Origin: Octopus vulgaris
Taxonomy: Eukaryota
NCBI GenBank assembly: GCA_951406725.2
Contig: OX597836.1
Coordinates: 3,596,001 to 3,660,000 of the forward strand
Length of the DNA: 64,000 nucleotides
Reading direction: 5' to 3'
Positions 58,021 through 64,000 of this stretch are shown piece by piece; within the stretch, counting starts at the first letter, position 1; the number at the start of each line of letters is the position of its first letter. Under the pieces are notes generated by a model that made no database searches, was not told where the DNA came from, and was given only the letters and a program-made list of their open reading frames with translations. The position numbers and the translations under genes are program-made.

Positions 58021-58240
58021 GAAAGGGTGCTGAAAAGTTCCTGGTTTTGGGTAAAAGAAAATCCAGGAGGATCATTTTAGTTATGATTTTAAACAACTTA
58101 TTCCCCTCTCAGATTCACACACTTATTGCAGCAGTCCTTCAGATTTTCGAAGGCCTGTAAATGAACTCAGAAAGTTGGGCCTACAACCAGACCTTTTGCA
58201 TCACCCTAAGGGTGATGCAAGGAACTTTTCAGTACCCCTT
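58021..58240 (-). mobile_element. Mariner-derived MITE (same family as 855-1072)
   Basis: TIRs agggtgctgaaaagttcct / aggaacttttcagtacccct. Confidence 0.7.
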
Positions 58241-58492
58241 GTGTGTTTGTGTGTATGTGTGTGTATATATATTCACACACACGCATATATAGATGGATAG
58301 ATAGATATATATATAGAGAGAATTCCTGACAATCTCCACAGCTGATGGATTATTCAGTGACAATGGATAAGTTCCCACTTTTATTCTTCCCCTATATTTT
58401 CTCATGTTTATATAATGGGAAGAGGTTGACGACCGCAAATGTGTTTGCTCAACATCTAACAGCAACACCAAAAGTATGTGAGGCCACACTGT

Positions 58493-58549
<57 letters not shown>

Positions 58550-58557
<8 letters not shown>

Positions 58558-58856
58558 ATCACGTGACCAACCAGACCATCAGATGTTGTTACACATCGCT
58601 GGTCACAATGTGTTCACATTGTTTTAGCCTTCGAATGACGCCACCCCGCTGGCTAAGCGAGCAGGCCAACAGAAGAAAGAGTGAGAGAAAGAGTGGTGAA
58701 AGAGTACAACAGGGATCACCACCCCCTGCCGGAGCCTCGTGGAGATTTTAGGTGTTTTCGCTCAATAAACACTCACAACGCCCAGTCTGGGAATCGAAAC
58801 CGCAATCCTACGACTGCGAGTCCGCTGCCCTCACCACTGGGCCATTGCGCCTCCAC
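58550..58856 (-). mobile_element. SINE family C, full length
   Basis: Minus-strand head ggaggcgcaatggcccagtggtgaggg...ggtttcgattccc; (TA)n flanks. Confidence 0.75.
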
Positions 58857-58889
58857 ATATATATATATATATTCATATATATTTGACCG

Positions 58890-59430
58890 GGGCTGACCAG
58901 CTAAAAGCTGCCTAGACTCCAATCGTCTGTTTTGGCAGTTATTTTAAGCATCCCAGTGATAATTCCTGATAGGCTGGGGGCTTTCCATGTCTTCGTATTT
59001 TTGAAAAATTGCTTTATCTTCTAGGATACTGTCGATTCAGATAGCCGGTCCCTCTGTTGGGTCCAAGTTAGGCAGGCTCTCCTTCTTCCATCCGTTCTCT
59101 ACCTTCAGCAAACTCTCACACTGGCACTTCCAAGCCTCCTTCTTAGCAGAATTACAAACTGTAAGTGAGCCATCATCCATGTGAACGCACTTCTCTCCTA
59201 CAGCATCACGGTTTTCACTGATACACCGTCTCACAATCCAAAGCATATCAAGCCTCTAGCCCTCCTCGTGCTGCAGAACATTAGCAAACTTCTTCCTTTC
59301 TGCTTCTCCCCTCGCTAAATACACCTGTCTTCTGGCTTCCCTTCAAGCTACCTGATATCGTTCTCTGTTACCACCACTCTTCCAGACCTTTAAAGGTAGG
59401 TTTCTTGGCTCTAATGGCCTTGTCTACAAC
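58890..59430 (-). mobile_element. RTE-like LINE ORF2 fragment
   Basis: ENRDAVGEKCVHMDDGSL...KKEAWKCQCESLLKVEN resembles the RTE-clade pre-RT region. Confidence 0.65.
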
Positions 59431-59439
59431 ATTAATCTC

Positions 59440-59838
59440 TTTAGCGCCCACAGGGGTCTAAACATAGAGGGAACAAACAAGGAGAGACAAAGGGATTAAG
59501 TCGATTACATCGACCCCAGTGCATAACTGGAACTTATTCAATCAACCCTGAAAGCATGAAAGGCAAAGTCGAACTCGGCAGAAATTGAACTCAGAACATA
59601 AAGACAGACGAAATGCCTATTTCTTTATTACCCACAAGGGGCTAAACACAGAGAGGACAAACAAACGGATTAAGTTGATTACATCGACCCCAGTGCGTGA
59701 CTGGTACTTAATTTATCGACCCCGAAAGAATGAAAGGCAAAGTCGACCTCAGCGTAATTTGAACTCAGAACGTAGCGGCAGACGAAATACCGCTAAGCAT
59801 TTCGCCCAGTGCGCTAACGATTCTGCCAGCTTGCCGCT
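59440..59838 (-). mobile_element. SINE family B dimer
   Basis: Same organisation as 9566-9955. Confidence 0.75.
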
Positions 59839-60365
59839 TTGTTCCACCACCATATCACCTTAGGTTTGGTGGTAGTAGGAAAGGACACAGCAGAAGTGTA
59901 CACCTTGTCAAACAAAAAGACAAGATGGGATGGTCATGGCTGGAACGCCTTTCGCCAGCACACTTGCCTGGATGTACTAAACAGCAACAATAACAACAAC
60001 CAAACTAGCAGGGCAACCATAACCAGAACACTCCTCCCACCACTGCCTGCTTTTATTGTACGAACACTGCTTATGCAACTCCCATTATACTTCTGGCACT
60101 CCTCTTCCTCATCATCATCATCACTACAAATAGCATCATTATCATCATGGTGCCATGACCTGCACTTCTCCCCCCCATCACTCTGCACTATTATCCAAAG
60201 AGGCTGATCAGCTGTGAACAGCTACACCTGGCATTTCACCAGGTGGGTGCGTCTGGCTCTGTGCAAGAGGATACTTCTCTGGCTTTTTCTCATCACACAC
60301 AAACACACACAGATATATATTTACACACACTGGCATATACATATCTCACTCTCTCTCTCTCTCTG

Positions 60366-60399
<34 letters not shown>

Positions 60400-61200
60400 T
60401 ACACAAACATATATACAGAAATACATATATGTGTACTTTAATTACATATATAGTGTGTATATATATATATGTGTGTGTGCATACATCTATATATCAATAT
60501 ATATATTTATACACACACACATGCACAGACATGCATATACAAACATGCATACAAATGTGGATACACGCATGCACACACACACACACAGGCGCACGCACTC
60601 AACACACACGCACCATATCACCACGTACCCCCACCCACCCGTCACCTCTGCTCTCCCTATCCCAAACCAAAATAAACAAAACAAAAAGCAGGTTAGTTCT
60701 ATTTTCTTTTCCCTACTCCAGCCATTGATTTACACACACACACAACGGCCACCACCACCACCACCACCACCACCACCACCATCACCGCCACCCCCTCCGT
60801 GTGCATAACGGAGTAATAACAACCAAGTCACCTGATTACTTAACCAATTAAATAACCAACCAGCCAACACCAGACAACAACAACAACAACAACCACTTAG
60901 CACTTCACTCCTTCCTCTTCGCCGGGCCATACCTCCCACCGACACTCCTACCCTACTTACCACCGGGGTGAGGTGGGGGGGAGAGTCAAGGAAGGAAAGG
61001 GTGAGAGAGATTGCTTGAGTGACGGATGGAGGCATGTGGAGTGATGTTTATTCTGAATTCTTCCTGATGTGTATAATCTGCTGTGTGTTGACGCGCATGT
61101 CAGTATGCATGAGCGTGTGTATATATATACACACACACATACATGTGTGTGTGTGTGTGTTTACATATGAATAAGTGTATAAATGTACGTGTATATGTGT

Positions 61201-61248
<48 letters not shown>

Positions 61249-62610
61249 GTATATAAGTTTGTGTGTGTGTATATATATATATAAATATATATATGTAAAT
61301 GTGTATGTGTGCGTATGCATGTGTGTGTGTCTATGTATGTGTATAAATGTACATGTGCATTTATATGTGTGTGTGTATGTGTATATATATATATATATAT
61401 ATCATCATATAAATGTATGTATGAATGTAAGTGTGTGTGTGTATATATATATATGTATGTATGTAAATGTGTGTGTGTGTATAGAAGGTGACACAGTAGT
61501 GGAATGCAAAAAACAAAGCAGAGAGAATCATAAAAACTTAGGAGAGAGAGAGAGAGAGGGAGAGAGAGATCTGGAAGGAATGGAAGAAAGGTAGGAGAGC
61601 AAGGAATGTTATCAGGTAGAGCTACCAGAAGAAGCAAACAAGCCAGGTATACTCAGCAAGAAGAGAGAGAGAAGCAGCGGCAGAAAGTCAGAAGCAAAAA
61701 AAGTTGCCAATGTTTTGGAATGCGAGGATCAGAGAGAGACGAGGGTGCATTGAAACTGGAAGGCATTATGTCAGGATGAATGGAGCCAACATGAGAGGGA
61801 AGCGTGGACCTAACAACAACAGGAACACCACATTCAGACTCACTGGAATCAAAAAGAAAGGGGTTTATGGAAATGGTGCTGTGAGGGGTGGTTAAATGGG
61901 AAGAATGCACAGGAGGAATGGAGAGAGAAAAGAAAAGGGTTCCCGTATGTAGGAACTGTCAAAGGGGACAAGTTATTGAATTTGATAGTTATATAACCAA
62001 AATAGCCATTAAGGGTATATTGGTGGCATGAGAATATACATATAAAAGGTGAAAACAAATGCACTTGGAGACCAATGCCGGAGTCGGATCTAAGGTTTAG
62101 ATTTGGGTCTGGTACTTACACATCTGCAGCATCCGACAAACACTTGATAATTTCATTGTTGTTTACCTCACTGCAAACTATGTTATTGCACCTAGCCATT
62201 TCTGTAATTTAGCACCCACTACACTCATGGAGTGGTTGGTGTTAGGAAGGGCATCCAGCTGTAGAAACACTGACAGATCAGACTGGGCCTGGTGCAGCCT
62301 TCTGGCTTTACAGACCCCAGTTGAACCGTCCAACCCATGCCAGCATGGAAAGCGGACGTTAAACGATGATGATGATGATATATATATATAGGGTTATGAG
62401 AGGTAATGGTGTCAGTAAGACCCAAAGGGGTCAGGTAATGCTGAGTAAGGGCTATGGATAGATTATAGTTAAGCTCCAGGTTCGGTGATTATCCGAATAA
62501 GGAGTCCAACGTAGGCCATGTATCAGCATGTGTATATACAAAAAATATTTTTTTCAGAATGAGATAAAAAACCAAGGCTGTGAAGATTTTATAACATTTA
62601 TAGATAGAAG

Positions 62611-62658
62611 GTCTTACAGCTGTTTCCAGGATATTTATAATATCCCTTCATCGGAATC
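62611..62658 (-). ncRNA. Hammerhead-like motif (variant core), probable Penelope-like end
   Basis: Minus strand CCGATGA agggatatt-at-aaatatcctg GAAA CAGCTG TA agac; stem I is weak. Confidence 0.5.
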
Positions 62659-62729
62659 AGCCAAAGGGCATAGTAGAAGTTAACCCCACATGGTTGAGAA
62701 GTGACCTTCATAACCTCACAGTCATTCTC

Positions 62730-62781
<52 letters not shown>

Positions 62782-63599
62782 CTTATGTAAATAAACGGAG
62801 CTAATTTAGCTATTTTTTCTGCAGGTTCAGAAAGTGATGAACAGCCTTAATCGATTTTCAAGCCTTATTGTCTTCTCATCAGTGATGTCAAAATCAATTT
62901 GGTCAATCAAAGAGAACAAAGCAGTCAATCTGTTTATATGCTCAACAAGTTCAATAGCTAAAGACAACTGGAATAATTACCGTAAAAACCCATGGAATTT
63001 GTGCACCTGTGTAAATTTAGGCAGGTGATTTTCAGGATAAAATTTGTTATAAAGAGCTTCTACTCATGCCCAAAAGTTTTCAGAATTGCCAATATGGCCA
63101 GGGAGATAAAAGGATTTGACTTTAGTTGTATTTGGCATAATTTCACTTACTTATGATTAGATTTTATTAAATTTTCATTAAATAAAAATAATTTCTGTTT
63201 AACAGGTATTTCTGGATGTCTTCCTTAACACCTCTCGCAGAGTGGACTACGTGCTTTTTACACGATGTGTATGGTTAAAGAGACAATTGCATAAAAACAA
63301 AAAAAGTGTCAAGTGTTTAAAGTGGATGACGCCAGAGAAAGAGGAAAACTGACAGAATAACAGTCCTGAATTTACTCTTGGCTAAAGTCTACTCTGAAGC
63401 CCTTGAATTCCAGGATTTTGTTGTTTTCACTTCCAGGTCGGGAATTTCTTCTCTCACCATTCCACAAATTCTGCTGTGGGAACAAGGCCATCAGCATGCA
63501 AGTTCTTCCCATGGACAGTTAACCTTACACTTCTCTATTATAGATTTGGGCACTTAAAATAAACAAGACAGGGTTACGGACTCACCTAAGCCTTTTGTT

Positions 63600-63980
63600 C
63601 TTTACTTGCTTCAGACATTAGACTGCAGCCATGCTGGAGCAACACCTTGAAAAAATTTTAGTTGAACGAGGCAATATCATGACCCTAACCTTAAACCTGA
63701 CGCTTATTCTATTGGTATCTTTAGCTGAACTGCCAAGTTACAGGGGATGTAAACACACCAACATCAGTTGTCAAGTGATGATGGAGGGACAAACACACAA
63801 ATATATAGATATACATATATATAACGGGTTTCTTTCAGTTTCTGTCTACCAGATTCACTCACAAGGCTTTGGTCAGCCTGAGGCTATAGTAGAAGACACT
63901 TGCCCAAGGTGCCATGCAGTGGGACTGAACCTGGAACCATGTGGTTACGAAGAAAGCTTTTTACCACACAGCCAAACTGC
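63600..63980 (-). mobile_element. SINE family A full-length copy
   Basis: Minus strand ggctgtgtggtaaaa...ggttcagtcccactgcatggcaccttgggcaagtgtc and the family tail. Confidence 0.8.
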
Positions 63981-64000
63981 ACATAATTTTTAACAAAATC

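Noticed and set aside
62830-63140. Possible gag-like remnant on the minus strand (NFWA*VEALY)
   Set aside because: Similarity is too short and interrupted to support without a search.

Overview
AT-rich eukaryotic genomic DNA dominated by (TA)n, (CA)n, (TACA)n and (GA)n microsatellites, several tRNA-derived SINE families and decayed transposons. The repeat landscape suggests an octopod cephalopod (inference; no search was run). The first ~30 kb is an amplified locus for an unrecognised intronless gene. It holds four near-identical 212-213 aa ORFs (6960-7598 -, 18235-18876 -, 21736-22377 +, 27281-27919 +), one much older paralog (29380-29871 +) and at least four ORF-less remnants of the same cassette. 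Two ORF copies lie in the arms of a ~7.8 kb palindrome (16457-24284) whose centre and outer junction coincide with copies of a Penelope-like retroelement end. Nearby Penelope-like inverted repeats carry four canonical type I hammerhead ribozymes. The remaining ~34 kb shows no convincing host gene: SINEs, LINE fragments, Tc1/mariner, pogo, hAT and Helitron relics, minisatellites and several snap-back hairpins. Almost all entries in the supplied ORF track are microsatellite or repeat artefacts. Repeat boundaries were read by eye and are approximate.
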